The notes under the pieces are model-generated. The model had not been told where the DNA came from, made no database searches, and worked only from the letters and a program-made list of their open reading frames with translations. 32,000 bases of DNA from positions 6,210,001 through 6,242,000 of the forward strand of contig NZ_CP074694.1 of assembly GCF_018398935.1 (NCBI RefSeq), written 5' to 3'. Made by a program: the position numbers and the translations under genes. This document shows, one piece after another, positions 1 through 12,531 of the stretch (position 1 is its first letter; every line of letters begins with the position of its first letter). Source of the DNA: Telmatocola sphagniphila (GTDB lineage Bacteria; Planctomycetota; Planctomycetia; Gemmatales; Gemmataceae).

Positions 1-71
1 CTGTATTTGCGCAAAAAAAAATTGGGGTCCGTCCCGGTCCCAGTAACGCCGAGCTTGCAGGAGCAAGCGGC

Positions 72-992
72 ATGAGTGCGGACACTGTTGAACCGAAACT
101 GGTTTCCTCTCTCTCGCTGGTCATACCGCTTTTCAATGAACAGGAAAGCCTGGAACCGCTATGGCGGGAGATTCAACAGATCGGCGCTCAGGAACATTAT
201 TCCCTGGAAGTCGTTTTCGTTGACGATGGCAGTACCGATGGGTCCTGGGAAGTGATCCGCAAGCTGGCCTCGGAAGATTCTCGAATCAAAGGCATCAAGT
301 TTCGGACCAATTTCGGCAAAGCCGCCGCACTGTCGGCTGGATTCGCGACTGCCCGCGGCGAACTGGTCGTGACCATGGACGCCGATCTTCAGGACGATCC
401 GCACGAGATTCCGAATTTTCTGAAAACGCTTCGACAGGGTTACGATCTCGTCAGCGGCTGGAAGAAAATTCGCTTCGATCCCTGGCACAAAGTGTTTCCC
501 AGCCGGGTGTTCAATTTTCTGGTCAGCAGCGCCACCGGCGTGCACCTGCACGATCACAACTGCGGTATGAAGATTTACAGGCGGGAGGTCACTGGCGAGA
601 TTTCGCTCTATGGCGAGATGCACCGGTTTATACCCAGCCTGGCGGTGATGCGGGGCTTCCGCGTCGGCGAAATGGTTTTGCACCACCGACCGCGAAAATT
701 CGGCCGCTCCAAATATGGGGCAAAGCGCTTCATCAAAGGATTTCTCGATCTGATCACGGTGACCTTCCGCAAGCGCTTCGGCCAGCGGCCGATGCATCCG
801 CTCGGTTTCATCGCAGGCTTCTCGATCTCGGTAGGGGTGGTGGTTTGCCTCTTAGGCCAGCCCGGCTGGGCTTGGTTTCTCTGGCTCGTCGGCTTCCAAT
901 TTTTCCTGAGCGGTTTACTGGCCGAATTGCAATTAGGCCAGAAGAGTGAACGCCTTGAGACTTATGCAGTCTCAGATCGGATCGGATCATGA
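72..992 (+). CDS. Family 2 glycosyltransferase, polyprenyl-phosphate sugar synthase type (ArnC/GtrB/DPM1-like), with a C-terminal membrane anchor
   Basis: ATG at 72. GT-A motifs are present: LSLVIPLFNE, VVFVDDGSTDGS and TMDADLQDDP (DxD). Hydrophobic C-terminal segments are present. The stop overlaps the next start (ATGA at 989-992). Confidence 0.85.
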   Translation: MSADTVEPKLVSSLSLVIPLFNEQESLEPLWREIQQIGAQEHYSLEVVFVDDGSTDGSWEVIRKLASEDSRIKGIKFRTNFGKAAALSAGFATARGELVVTMDADLQDDPHEIPNFLKTLRQGYDLVSGWKKIRFDPWHKVFPSRVFNFLVSSATGVHLHDHNCGMKIYRREVTGEISLYGEMHRFIPSLAVMRGFRVGEMVLHHRPRKFGRSKYGAKRFIKGFLDLITVTFRKRFGQRPMHPLGFIAGFSISVGVVVCLLGQPGWAWFLWLVGFQFFLSGLLAELQLGQKSERLETYAVSDRIGS

Positions 993-2428
993 ACGATGCG
1001 ATCTTAATTCGGAAACTGGCCTGCCGGCTACTGATGTTTCTGGTCATCGGCTGTATGACTGCGCGGCTATTCGCCGTGGAAAATGTCCTCGAGCCGAGTC
1101 TGATCAAACGCTACGACCGCAACTTTCCCGCGAGTAACCCGCTACCCTCTCCGACCTTTTCCGCCAACGATCGGGCTCGCTGGGCGACCGTTCGCGCTCT
1201 GGTGGATCGGGGCACTTTTGTGATTGGGGAGAGGATCGAAGATAGCGGCAGTCCTACGGGCTACCGGGATGAAGGGATTCTGTTCGAAGAATCCTATCGC
1301 TCGATCGATGTGGTCATGAATCCGGAAACTCAAAAATTTTATGGAACCAAGCCGCCACTTTTGACGGTAATTGTTGCTGGCGAGTACTGGTTACTTAAGA
1401 AAATCACCGGCTGGGATATCGATCGAGATCGCTGGCCGGTGGTTTGTACGATTCTGCTGACACTGAATATTCTCCCATTCGCGATATATCTGTTCCTGAT
1501 TGAACGCTTACTCGATTCGATGCCGGTCAGCGAAGGAGCCAAACTCTTCACCTTCGCGGCCTGCTGTTTCGGGACTTTTCTGACGACTTTTTCCAACACA
1601 CTCAACAATCACACTCCCGCCAGTTTCTGCATTCTGTTCGCACTCTATCCCTGGTTGAAATCTCGGTCGGCCGGGGAATCGCTCTCGGCGGGGGCGGTTC
1701 TCATTTCAGGGTTGCTGACCGGTTTTGCCGCCTCTCTCGATCTACCGGCCGCGGCATTCGCGGGTTTACTCGGCCTTTTGGTACTCCGTCAATCCTTCGG
1801 CCGGGCGTTTTTGTTTGCCGTGGGGGTGATCATTCCGCTGGTAATTCAGGCGATCATCAATTACTGGGCGATCAGTGAATGGCAGCCCATTTATGCGAAG
1901 TTTGGCGGCCCCTGGTATGAATTTGCCGGTAGCCACTGGCTGAAACTGAAGCAAACGCCGCGGCCGCCGGGCATCGATTTTGCGGATGAACCCAAAACTC
2001 TTTACGCTTTTCATCTCCTGGTGGGGCATCACGGGTGGTTTAGCCTGACACCGGTCTTTTTGCTGGCTCTCCTAGGGCTGATAAAACCCCCGGCACGATT
2101 CGAAAATCCTAATTCTGCCTTGACTTGGAATCAATTTCGAATTTTGACCGCAGTGGTGGCAAGCGTGGTCTTCACGTTCTACATTTTGAGAACGAATAAC
2201 TATGGTGGCTTTACCAGTGGGCCGCGCTGGTTATTCTGGATGACGCCACTATTCCTGCTGCATCTTCCCGCGGCCTGGACACTTGTGGAAAGATCGGCGA
2301 CGGGGCGATTCCTCGCCGAAATGGCTCTGGCCATATCGGTTTTCTCGACCAGTTTTCCGATCATGAATCCTTGGCGACATCCCTGGCTTTTGCAACTGGG
2401 CGAATATTGGCATTGGTTCCGCTATTAA
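989..2428 (+). CDS. Polytopic membrane protein, probably a GT-C fold glycosyltransferase (ArnT/PMT-like)
   Basis: 479-aa ORF with many hydrophobic helices. The first loop (NDRARWATVRALVDRGTFVI ... FYGTKPPLL) resembles the ArnT/PMT first periplasmic loop pattern (DExRYaeiArem..G.w..P...g..yfeKPPL). It is translationally coupled to the upstream GT2 gene. Confidence 0.55.
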   Translation: MNDAILIRKLACRLLMFLVIGCMTARLFAVENVLEPSLIKRYDRNFPASNPLPSPTFSANDRARWATVRALVDRGTFVIGERIEDSGSPTGYRDEGILFEESYRSIDVVMNPETQKFYGTKPPLLTVIVAGEYWLLKKITGWDIDRDRWPVVCTILLTLNILPFAIYLFLIERLLDSMPVSEGAKLFTFAACCFGTFLTTFSNTLNNHTPASFCILFALYPWLKSRSAGESLSAGAVLISGLLTGFAASLDLPAAAFAGLLGLLVLRQSFGRAFLFAVGVIIPLVIQAIINYWAISEWQPIYAKFGGPWYEFAGSHWLKLKQTPRPPGIDFADEPKTLYAFHLLVGHHGWFSLTPVFLLALLGLIKPPARFENPNSALTWNQFRILTAVVASVVFTFYILRTNNYGGFTSGPRWLFWMTPLFLLHLPAAWTLVERSATGRFLAEMALAISVFSTSFPIMNPWRHPWLLQLGEYWHWFRY

Positions 2429-2438
2429 ACCGGGTGAC

Positions 2439-3599
2439 ATGAATCCTGAACAAGAAGAAGACGAACTGCTCTTTCAGAAAGCGGAAGTGGAATGGACCGA
2501 TATCCCCAATTCCATGCCCAATTCTCTGGACGAGCTGATACTTCCGGTTGAATACCCTGCAGTGAGTGAAGCTCCGGTGGTCGCACGCGCGGCCAGTCTT
2601 TCCCTATTTCGGGCCATCCTGTGGTGTCTGCTTTTTCTTTGCGTCACGCAGTTTCTGCCGCTGGTGGGTGTGTTCGTTTACTACTTGTTGGCTCGTCCCG
2701 ATATTCAGCAGGCGGTTACCAAAGATCCCGGTCTATTGCTGCACGATCCCTCGATACTCCCAACTCTGATTGTCACCGGACAGTTGACAGCCGTTTTATT
2801 CGCAGTGGGTCTCACGTTCTGGAAATTCGGCAAGCAGTGGCCCCGTCTGATCGCTTTGCGGTTGCCTAAGCTGGATCACCTGATTCTGGTGCTTCTGGGT
2901 ATGCCTGCGCTCTTCGTGGTCATTCACAGTTTGGAAGCGGTGGTTCGCTACCTGCCGGACATCGAGATTTCCGACTCCGGCTCTTTGAAGGAATTGATGT
3001 CGAAACTGGTGGATTCCACGTCGTCGTGGCCCTGGCAGTTGGCCGTGTTCGCCATCGGCATTTGCCCGGCGATCGCGGAAGAGTTCTTTTGCCGGGGAGT
3101 GCTGGGACGAGGGCTTGTCGGCCGATACGGTTTTTTACCCGGTATCCTAATCACCTCCCTGCTTTTTGGCGCTCTGCATGTGGAGCCGCATCAGGCCGTG
3201 CTGGCCACCTTCATGGGCGTCGTGCTGCACGGCTGCTATGTGGCGAGTCGTTCTTTCCTGATTCCGGTGCTCATTCATTTTTTGAATAACAGTCTGGCGG
3301 TTTTATCCGTATCCAAGACGGGTAATGTTCCGCTGTTTACCTCGCTCGAGGAGACTTACGAGCGAAACGGATATATATTTCTGTTTTCGGCGACCATGGT
3401 CCTGGCGACCATCGGACTAGCGTTTTACCAGAGCCGCTTTCAGGCGATTCCGCTCGATGGCCGAACCTATCCCGATTCGGTCGAAATACCCGAGAAAAAC
3501 AGCGATCTGGCGCTCTTCCGCGAACCGATTCCGCCGGGAACGATCGTGCTGATCGTTCTGGCACTGAGCGGCTTCTCCGCCATTTGGTGGAACCTCTAA
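2439..3599 (+). CDS. CPBP family intramembrane glutamic endopeptidase (CAAX protease/Abi-like)
   Basis: All three CPBP motifs are present: AEEFFCRG (EExxxR), LFGALH (FxxxH) and HFLNN (HxxxN). It is multi-pass hydrophobic and starts 10 nt after the preceding stop. Confidence 0.85.
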   Translation: MNPEQEEDELLFQKAEVEWTDIPNSMPNSLDELILPVEYPAVSEAPVVARAASLSLFRAILWCLLFLCVTQFLPLVGVFVYYLLARPDIQQAVTKDPGLLLHDPSILPTLIVTGQLTAVLFAVGLTFWKFGKQWPRLIALRLPKLDHLILVLLGMPALFVVIHSLEAVVRYLPDIEISDSGSLKELMSKLVDSTSSWPWQLAVFAIGICPAIAEEFFCRGVLGRGLVGRYGFLPGILITSLLFGALHVEPHQAVLATFMGVVLHGCYVASRSFLIPVLIHFLNNSLAVLSVSKTGNVPLFTSLEETYERNGYIFLFSATMVLATIGLAFYQSRFQAIPLDGRTYPDSVEIPEKNSDLALFREPIPPGTIVLIVLALSGFSAIWWNL

Positions 3600-3675
3600 A
3601 GGCGAATAAGACACATACCCGGTTGACAGTTTGCCCTAGAATAAAAGTTCTGCTTATTTTTACCGGGTAAAATCC

Positions 3676-5607
<1,932 letters not shown>

Positions 5608-5647
5608 CCGTTCCCGTCGATTTTTTGGATTAGCAGAAAGGGTATCC

Positions 5648-6502
5648 ATGCCGCTGTTCGGTGCGCACATGTCCATTTCCGGCGGCTACCATAAAGCCAT
5701 TGAAGCTGCGGAGGAATTCGGCTGCGAAACCTTTCAGATGTTCAACAAGAACGCCAGCCAGTGGAAAGGCAAAGTGCTGGTCGATGAGGAAGTGGAACTT
5801 TTCAAGGATAAACTCAGCACCACCAAACTCAAGCATCCGACGGCCCACGATTCCTATCTGATCAATCTCGCTTCACCCGATCAAGCTCTGTACCAGAAAT
5901 CGATCGATGCTTTTTGCGAAGAGATACGCCGTTCCGATAGATTCGGGTTGCAGTATCTGGTGGCACATCCGGGCGCGCACGTTGAATCGGGGGAAGAAGC
6001 GGGACTGGAGCGAATCGTTTCCGCACTGGATGAGGTTTGCGAAACTTTAGGCGAATTTCAGGTTATGGTTCTTTTAGAGACGACGGCGGGGCAGGGAACC
6101 ACTTTGGGGCATCGCTTCGAACACCTCGGCTACATTCTCAAGAATGTGAAATCGCCGGATAAATTTGGTGTATGTCTGGATACCTGTCACGTTTTCGCGG
6201 CCGGGTACGACATTAGCCAGCGTTCAGGCTATAAAACGACCTTCGAAGAGTTTGACCGAACTATTGGGTTGAAACAATTAAGATTATTTCACCTGAACGA
6301 CAGCAAAAAACCACTGGGATCCCGGGTCGACCGGCACGAACATCTGGGGCAGGGTTGCATTGGGAAAACCGCTTTTGAGCTTTTAGTTCAAGATCCCCGG
6401 TTTGCCAAACATCCGATGATTCTGGAGACGCCGAAATCGGAAGGGGAGCGGAAGGATATGGACCGCGACAATCTCAAGTTCCTGCGACAGCTAGTGAGTT
6501 AA
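5648..6502 (+). CDS. nfo: Deoxyribonuclease IV (endonuclease IV, AP endonuclease family 2)
   Basis: MPLFGAHMSISGGYHKAIE aligns with the Nfo N-terminus. Metal-ligand blocks HPGAH, LETTAGQG, CLDTCH and HLNDSK are present. I chose the ATG at 5648; the ORF-track start at 5435 would overlap the preceding gene by about 170 nt. Confidence 0.9.
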   Translation: MPLFGAHMSISGGYHKAIEAAEEFGCETFQMFNKNASQWKGKVLVDEEVELFKDKLSTTKLKHPTAHDSYLINLASPDQALYQKSIDAFCEEIRRSDRFGLQYLVAHPGAHVESGEEAGLERIVSALDEVCETLGEFQVMVLLETTAGQGTTLGHRFEHLGYILKNVKSPDKFGVCLDTCHVFAAGYDISQRSGYKTTFEEFDRTIGLKQLRLFHLNDSKKPLGSRVDRHEHLGQGCIGKTAFELLVQDPRFAKHPMILETPKSEGERKDMDRDNLKFLRQLVS

Positions 6503-6883
6503 ATCTTAACATCTTCATATTCCGCTCTTCGCATCTCAAGTTGGGCCGCGAATTGTTCCGATAATTTTTATGTCGAAGCGAAATTAGCGAATAGATCCGT
6601 TCGGTCTTGGTTCGATGCGACAAGGGCTGATCACCCTTGTCTTCCCGTGTCCAAGAGCATCCCAGCAGCGACCCCCGACGCTATGGGACGCATCCACCGG
6701 CGGATCCGTGAGGCTCCGGATTGCAGCGAAACGGACCGCGTTGGGAAAACGCCACGCAAGTGACGCAAAATCTCTAGCGACGGAACGCACGTTTCAAAGC
6801 GCCGGAGCCTCTTCTTTTTCCCGTCTTGAAATACAAGTCACAGCCCATATCCGATTCATTGTGACTTGTCATCCTACTTTTAA

Positions 6884-8200
<1,317 letters not shown>

Positions 8201-8233
8201 AACCGTTGGCTCATTTCCGACGTAGGAACTCCA

Positions 8234-8275
8234 GATCGGGAGATTGCTAGCTTCTCCCGATCCTTTCCCATCTTT
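8234..8275 (+). terminator. Probable intrinsic terminator downstream of eno
   Basis: Perfect 10-bp stem GATCGGGAGA (8234-8243) / TCTCCCGATC (8253-8262) with a 9-nt loop, followed by the T-rich stretch CTTTCCCATCTTT. Confidence 0.5.
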
Positions 8276-8315
8276 AGTCGTTTCCGACTCGGCCTATTAT
8301 TTGGAGGGACTCGGC

Positions 8316-8882
8316 ATGCCGCTCTTCCTAATCGACCCACCCAGCTGGTTTTACTATCTCCTGGCGGTCATCGCTTTAATCGGGCTATTTACCTTTTACA
8401 AAAATCAAACCGGCAAATCGTTGGCGATCTTTGCCGGCACCGCTTTCCCCCTGTTGATCACACTTCTAATCGATTATGCCATCCAGAGCCCACGCGAACA
8501 GATCGTCAAGAATATTCAGGCGATTGCCGCCGCCACGCAGGATAAGCAAATTGATCGAGGATTTGAGTTTATCTCTAGCAGCATCAACTACCGGGGGCAT
8601 AACAAAGAAAGCCTGAGGGCCGCAGCCATGAATGCCTACAACATGTACGATTGGCGCGGCGCCAAGGTTTGGGACTTCACCCGCGAAGAATTCTCGCAAG
8701 ATACAGAAACCACCGCCACGCAGGGCTTCATGACTAGTCTAGAGGGCGGCGGCGGAGTGATTTTGTACTGCAAAGTCAAATTCGTGAAAGAGAAAGACGG
8801 CGTCTGGCGCGTAACTCACTTCGCATTCTACAATCCGCTAAACCGGGATAAGGGGACGGAAGAAACCATCCCAGGTCTATGA
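8316..8882 (+). CDS. Hypothetical membrane protein (two N-terminal TM helices plus a soluble C-terminal domain)
   Basis: The ATG at 8316 is preceded by GGAGGG at -13 to -8, and it lies downstream of the eno terminator hairpin, so I prefer it to the track start at 8244. Hydrophobic segments are WFYYLLAVIALIGLFTF and LAIFAGTAFPLLITLLI. I did not recognise a family. Confidence 0.6.
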   Translation: MPLFLIDPPSWFYYLLAVIALIGLFTFYKNQTGKSLAIFAGTAFPLLITLLIDYAIQSPREQIVKNIQAIAAATQDKQIDRGFEFISSSINYRGHNKESLRAAAMNAYNMYDWRGAKVWDFTREEFSQDTETTATQGFMTSLEGGGGVILYCKVKFVKEKDGVWRVTHFAFYNPLNRDKGTEETIPGL

Positions 8883-8918
8883 TCGATTACGGAAAGCCGT
8901 TAGCACCGCGCTAATAGT

Positions 8919-9680
8919 TCATTCAAAATGCTGCTTCAACCGTTGCAATTCGACCCGATTAGTCAGGTCGAATTGCAGAGGAGTTATCACCAAGTAGCCT
9001 TCGGAGAGGGCGCTTTCATCCGTACCTGGATGAGGATCCGGACAGCCGTAGTCGTTTCCCATCCAGAAGTAAACCCGGCCACGCGGATCTGTCCGGCGGT
9101 GAAAATTCTCAGTATACGGGGCAACGTTCTGGGGCAGAATCTTCACCCCCTTGATCTCGCCCAGTTCCGGCGCGGGCAGATTCAGGTTGTAGAGCATCCC
9201 GGCCTGCGGCTGGGTGTCCACTATCTGGCGGATCACTTTCACGGCAAACTTAGAAGCTTCCGCGAACTCACTCGGCTTGGCTTTTTTCGATGCAAGTGAG
9301 ATGGCGATGGCCGTTTTCCTGAAGAAGGCACCTTCCACGGCCGCCGCAACCGTGCCCGAATAGAGTACGTTTATCCCGGCGTTCGATCCATGGTTCATGC
9401 CGCTGACGATCAGATCGGGTGGGTCGGGAAGCAACTCCAAAAGCGCCAGTTTTACACAATCCGCTGGCCGGCCTTCCACCGCCCAACCGAGAAATTGATT
9501 CGATTCGTCGAAGACTTCGGCCACGACCAACGGATGCAGCAGTGTCACGGAATGCCCGGCCGCACTCTGCTCAACCGCGGGCGCCACAACGATTACGTCG
9601 CCGAAGGATTGCAGTTCCTTCCGTAACGCTCGTAGACCGGGGGCGTAAATACCATCGTCATTGGTCAGCAGGATTTTCAT
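8919..9680 (-). CDS. surE: 5'/3'-nucleotidase SurE
   Basis: MKILLTNDDGIYAPGLRAL is the SurE signature, with GMNHGSNAGINVLYSGTVAAA downstream. The ATG at 9680 overlaps the uvrC stop (TGATG). A GTG one codon upstream at 9683 is an alternative start. Confidence 0.9.
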   Translation of the reverse strand: MKILLTNDDGIYAPGLRALRKELQSFGDVIVVAPAVEQSAAGHSVTLLHPLVVAEVFDESNQFLGWAVEGRPADCVKLALLELLPDPPDLIVSGMNHGSNAGINVLYSGTVAAAVEGAFFRKTAIAISLASKKAKPSEFAEASKFAVKVIRQIVDTQPQAGMLYNLNLPAPELGEIKGVKILPQNVAPYTENFHRRTDPRGRVYFWMGNDYGCPDPHPGTDESALSEGYLVITPLQFDLTNRVELQRLKQHFE

Positions 9681-11020
9681 CACGAGTCTTCCGTGATTTT
9701 CTTTTTGCGAAGAGTATGGTGGTAGTGCTGGGCGAAACGATGCGCTTCGTCGCGGACATATTGCAGCAGTCGCAGCGCGGCCGAGTGCTTCGAGAGTTTG
9801 ATCGATTCGCTTTCGCCCGGCCGGAAGATTTCCTCTTCCTGTTTCGCGAGAGAAATCAATGTTGGCGGCTGGATGCCTAGTGTTTCAAAAGCAGATACCG
9901 CCGCGCTCAACTGTCCTTTGCCGCCGTCGATGAGCAAAATATCGGGGAAGAGGCCTTCTTCTTTTTTCAAGCGACGAAAGCGGCGGGTGATCACTTCCCG
10001 CATCGAAGCGAAATCGTCGACCCCCTCGACGCTTTTAACTTTGAATTTCCGGTAGCCCGGTTTGAAGGGTAGCCCATCGAGGAAACTCACCAGCGAAGCC
10101 ACGGTATCGGTGCCGCTGAGATGCGCGATATCCACTCCTTCAATGGAACGGGGTGTTGTTCGAAGATTGAGAACTTTGCGAAGACCAACAAGTCCTTTTT
10201 TCGGATCGAAGTGGAAGACTTCCGGCTGAATGTCGGCATCGACATCTTTGTGGAGTTTGATGTTCTGCAGGGCGTGAATTTCGTCCCGGAGTCGGGCGGC
10301 TTTTTCGAACTGTAAGCCCGCACTCGCTTCCGCCATGGCTTTTTCCATGCGGCGGATCAATTTGCTGCGCTTGCCCTCGAGCACCAGAATCAGCGATTTA
10401 ATCTGTTTTCGATAATCTTCGCGAGTGACTCGAAAATTGCAGGGGGCCGTGCATTGCCGGATGCTGTGCAGAAGGCAGGGACGAAACCAGCGCCATTTCG
10501 CATCGTCCGATTTGATGTCGAGCTTACACGTCCGGAATTGGAAGATCCGCTGCAGCACTTGCAGAGCGTTGCGGAGTTGTTTGGTGTTGGTAAACGGCCC
10601 GTATAGCCGGACTCCCCGGCGACGCGGTTTGCGAGTGATCTCAACCCGGGGGAATTCCTCTCGCACCCGTATCTGGAGGTAGGGGAAGGTCTTATCGTCC
10701 TTGAGGTCGCTGTTAAAGCGCGGCTGGATATCCTTGATGAGCCGGGCTTCCATCAGGATGGCATCGATCTCATTTTCCGTGGGAATAAAGTCGAGATCGG
10801 CAATCTGTTTGACCAGTTCCCGGGTCCGCATTTCCTCGGCCGCGGCCTGAAGAAAGTAGGATCCGGCCCGGCTGCGAAGATTCTTGGCTTTGCCGACGTA
10901 GATCACTTTGCCCTGGCTATCCTTCATCAGGTAGACGCCGGGCGACTTCGGGAAGGTACGTACCTTTTCCGAGGGAATTACGGGAAGTTCGATCTTGGGG
11001 CTATCCTTGGCCGGTTCCAT
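9680..11020 (-). CDS. uvrC: Excinuclease ABC subunit C, short form (446 aa) ending right after the RNase H-like endonuclease domain
   Basis: Four UvrC regions are present: GIY-YIG (GVYLMKDSQGKVIYVGKAKNLRSRAGSYF), the Cys block (RTCKL..RPCLLHSIRQCTAPC), the UVR domain (FEKAARLRDEIHALQ) and the C-terminal nuclease (IEGVDIAHLSG..LLIDGGKGQL..VRDEAHRFAQHYH). No helix-hairpin-helix segment follows. Confidence 0.85.
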   Translation of the reverse strand: MEPAKDSPKIELPVIPSEKVRTFPKSPGVYLMKDSQGKVIYVGKAKNLRSRAGSYFLQAAAEEMRTRELVKQIADLDFIPTENEIDAILMEARLIKDIQPRFNSDLKDDKTFPYLQIRVREEFPRVEITRKPRRRGVRLYGPFTNTKQLRNALQVLQRIFQFRTCKLDIKSDDAKWRWFRPCLLHSIRQCTAPCNFRVTREDYRKQIKSLILVLEGKRSKLIRRMEKAMAEASAGLQFEKAARLRDEIHALQNIKLHKDVDADIQPEVFHFDPKKGLVGLRKVLNLRTTPRSIEGVDIAHLSGTDTVASLVSFLDGLPFKPGYRKFKVKSVEGVDDFASMREVITRRFRRLKKEEGLFPDILLIDGGKGQLSAAVSAFETLGIQPPTLISLAKQEEEIFRPGESESIKLSKHSAALRLLQYVRDEAHRFAQHYHHTLRKKKITEDS

Positions 11021-11077
11021 ACAGGCATTATAGGCTCAGGCTGCAAATCTGATAGCAAGGTTGCGGTTTGGAAGTGC

Positions 11078-12523
11078 TCATTTCCCCCGTTTGTTGACGT
11101 CCCAGAGCCGGAAGCCAATATCGGTGGGCAAGTTGGATTTGTAGGCTCCTCGTTTGCTGCTATCGGTCACCACTCCCAAAACATCACCGCCGTCGTCTTT
11201 GAGGTCCTGCCCAACGGAGTATATGACGATGCCATCGTTCAGGCGTTTGAAGAGAAGTGGTTTGCCGGTAAAGGGATCTTCTTCAACCTTCTCGAGAAAT
11301 TTGGGAACAAGCTCTTCGAGGTTGTTTGGCCAACGTTTGTTAACGATGCGAAATCGCTCGGCACCTAGACCACAAGCGGTAGCTCGTAGAGTTCCACGGC
11401 ACCGATAATCTCCTCTCACCGCAAATAATCGAAACACCATGGTACGTGACAAAGCATTGCGCGCTTGTACAGGCGATTGCTCTAAATCACTTATTTCTTT
11501 GGCCTGTTTCTCGACGTAGTCGAACAATTCCCTGGGCGGTTTATCGAGATTATCTATCTGTTCGGTCATCATTCGAAGCATGAAAGCTTGATCCGCCTTC
11601 GCATAAAGAGGGTAACGCCAGGAAAGTAGATGAACGAGTTTTTTAACGCTCACGGTTATCTCCTTCCCTTCCTGGGAAGTACTGATGGCCTCTTCCAATT
11701 TCTCCGACAAAGCTTCAGGACGATTTAGGAGGAATTCCATCGCCTTCAGATTTCGAGCGCGTTCCATTCGGATGGCTTTCTTCAAATTTAAATCTCGAAT
11801 TTCTTTCAGAATTTCTTTTTGAAGTAGTTCGAGACTGGAGGATTTTATCTCTCCCTGCGAGATCATCTGTTGAGTGGCGTTACAGGCTAGAAAGTCGATA
11901 GAGTTCCGAACTAGGAAAGGTATGAGTCCATCCTCGGAGCAGGATCTCGCAGTATTTCGAATCGCACGGATGTCTTGGACGCAAACATCGAATTGATGAA
12001 TCTGGGAGTGAATCCAGACATCCCAAAGCAGTTCGATTCCAACGCCTCGAATTTTCTGAGCGAGTTTGAAGTCGGAATTGATCATCGCGACCGGATCTAT
12101 CTGGTGCCGGCCCTCGGGGAAATTCTCCAGTTTACGGGCCAGCGAAATACGTTCCGGATTATCCGCAAGCAATTGAGCAATGCTGTCGGCGAAATCGGCC
12201 GGCATGCCCTCGGGGAGCGTTCTCCACTCCGAGATATTCACTTGTCCATTTGTGGAAGCTGGCGAAGGCAAATTACATATTTTCTGCAGCAAGAAGTAGC
12301 TGTTATCTTCATCGGGAAGGCGAGCGCGGTTAGTAAGGAAGTCTTCCCAACGCCAGCCCGGATCCTCCCGATCCAGGCGTGAAGTAATCTCTTCCAACTC
12401 CCGGGCGGAGTCGTGTGTGATCTTCGCGCGGTAAAGAATGATGCCGACAAAATAGAGTAAAATCGCAATTGCGAGATAGATGGTATAACGATTGACTCGA
12501 TTTTGGGGCAATCGGATTCGCAT
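11078..12523 (-). CDS. Membrane-anchored hypothetical protein, paralog A (N-terminal signal anchor, helical Cys-containing middle, pseudopilin/GspG-like C-terminal module)
   Basis: 481-aa ORF. The N-terminus MRIRLPQNRVNRYTIYLAIAILLYFVGIILY is a basic stretch followed by a TM helix. The C-terminus AERFRIVNKRWPNNLEELVPKFLEKVEEDPFTGKPLLFKRLNDGIVIYSVGQDLKDDGGD resembles the GspG-type pattern (..yP..L.eLvp.yl...P.DPwG.pY.Y....g..l.S.G.DG..GG). It aligns along its full length with the next gene. Confidence 0.7.
   Translation of the reverse strand: MRIRLPQNRVNRYTIYLAIAILLYFVGIILYRAKITHDSARELEEITSRLDREDPGWRWEDFLTNRARLPDEDNSYFLLQKICNLPSPASTNGQVNISEWRTLPEGMPADFADSIAQLLADNPERISLARKLENFPEGRHQIDPVAMINSDFKLAQKIRGVGIELLWDVWIHSQIHQFDVCVQDIRAIRNTARSCSEDGLIPFLVRNSIDFLACNATQQMISQGEIKSSSLELLQKEILKEIRDLNLKKAIRMERARNLKAMEFLLNRPEALSEKLEEAISTSQEGKEITVSVKKLVHLLSWRYPLYAKADQAFMLRMMTEQIDNLDKPPRELFDYVEKQAKEISDLEQSPVQARNALSRTMVFRLFAVRGDYRCRGTLRATACGLGAERFRIVNKRWPNNLEELVPKFLEKVEEDPFTGKPLLFKRLNDGIVIYSVGQDLKDDGGDVLGVVTDSSKRGAYKSNLPTDIGFRLWDVNKRGK
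11081..11362 (-). repeat. Copy 1 of a 282-nt high-identity block shared by the 3' ends of the tandem paralogs
   Basis: It aligns without indels to 12562..12843 at a constant offset of 1481 nt. I counted about 35 mismatches by eye (roughly 85-90% identity). The run 11301..11362 is identical to 12782..12843 over 62 nt. Confidence 0.85.
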
Positions 12524-12531
12524 GAACTCTC

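Noticed and set aside
1-71. A palindrome TTTGCGCAAA followed by an A9 run at the window edge
   Set aside because: The context is cut off by the window boundary, so I cannot tell whether it is a terminator of an upstream minus-strand gene.
3600-3675. Inverted repeats ACCCGGT/ACCGGGT and AATAAG/CTTATT, and a TTGACA, between the CPBP gene and the activator gene
   Set aside because: The stems are short (6-7 bp), have long loops and are interleaved rather than nested. The TTGACA has no properly spaced -10. They could be chance.
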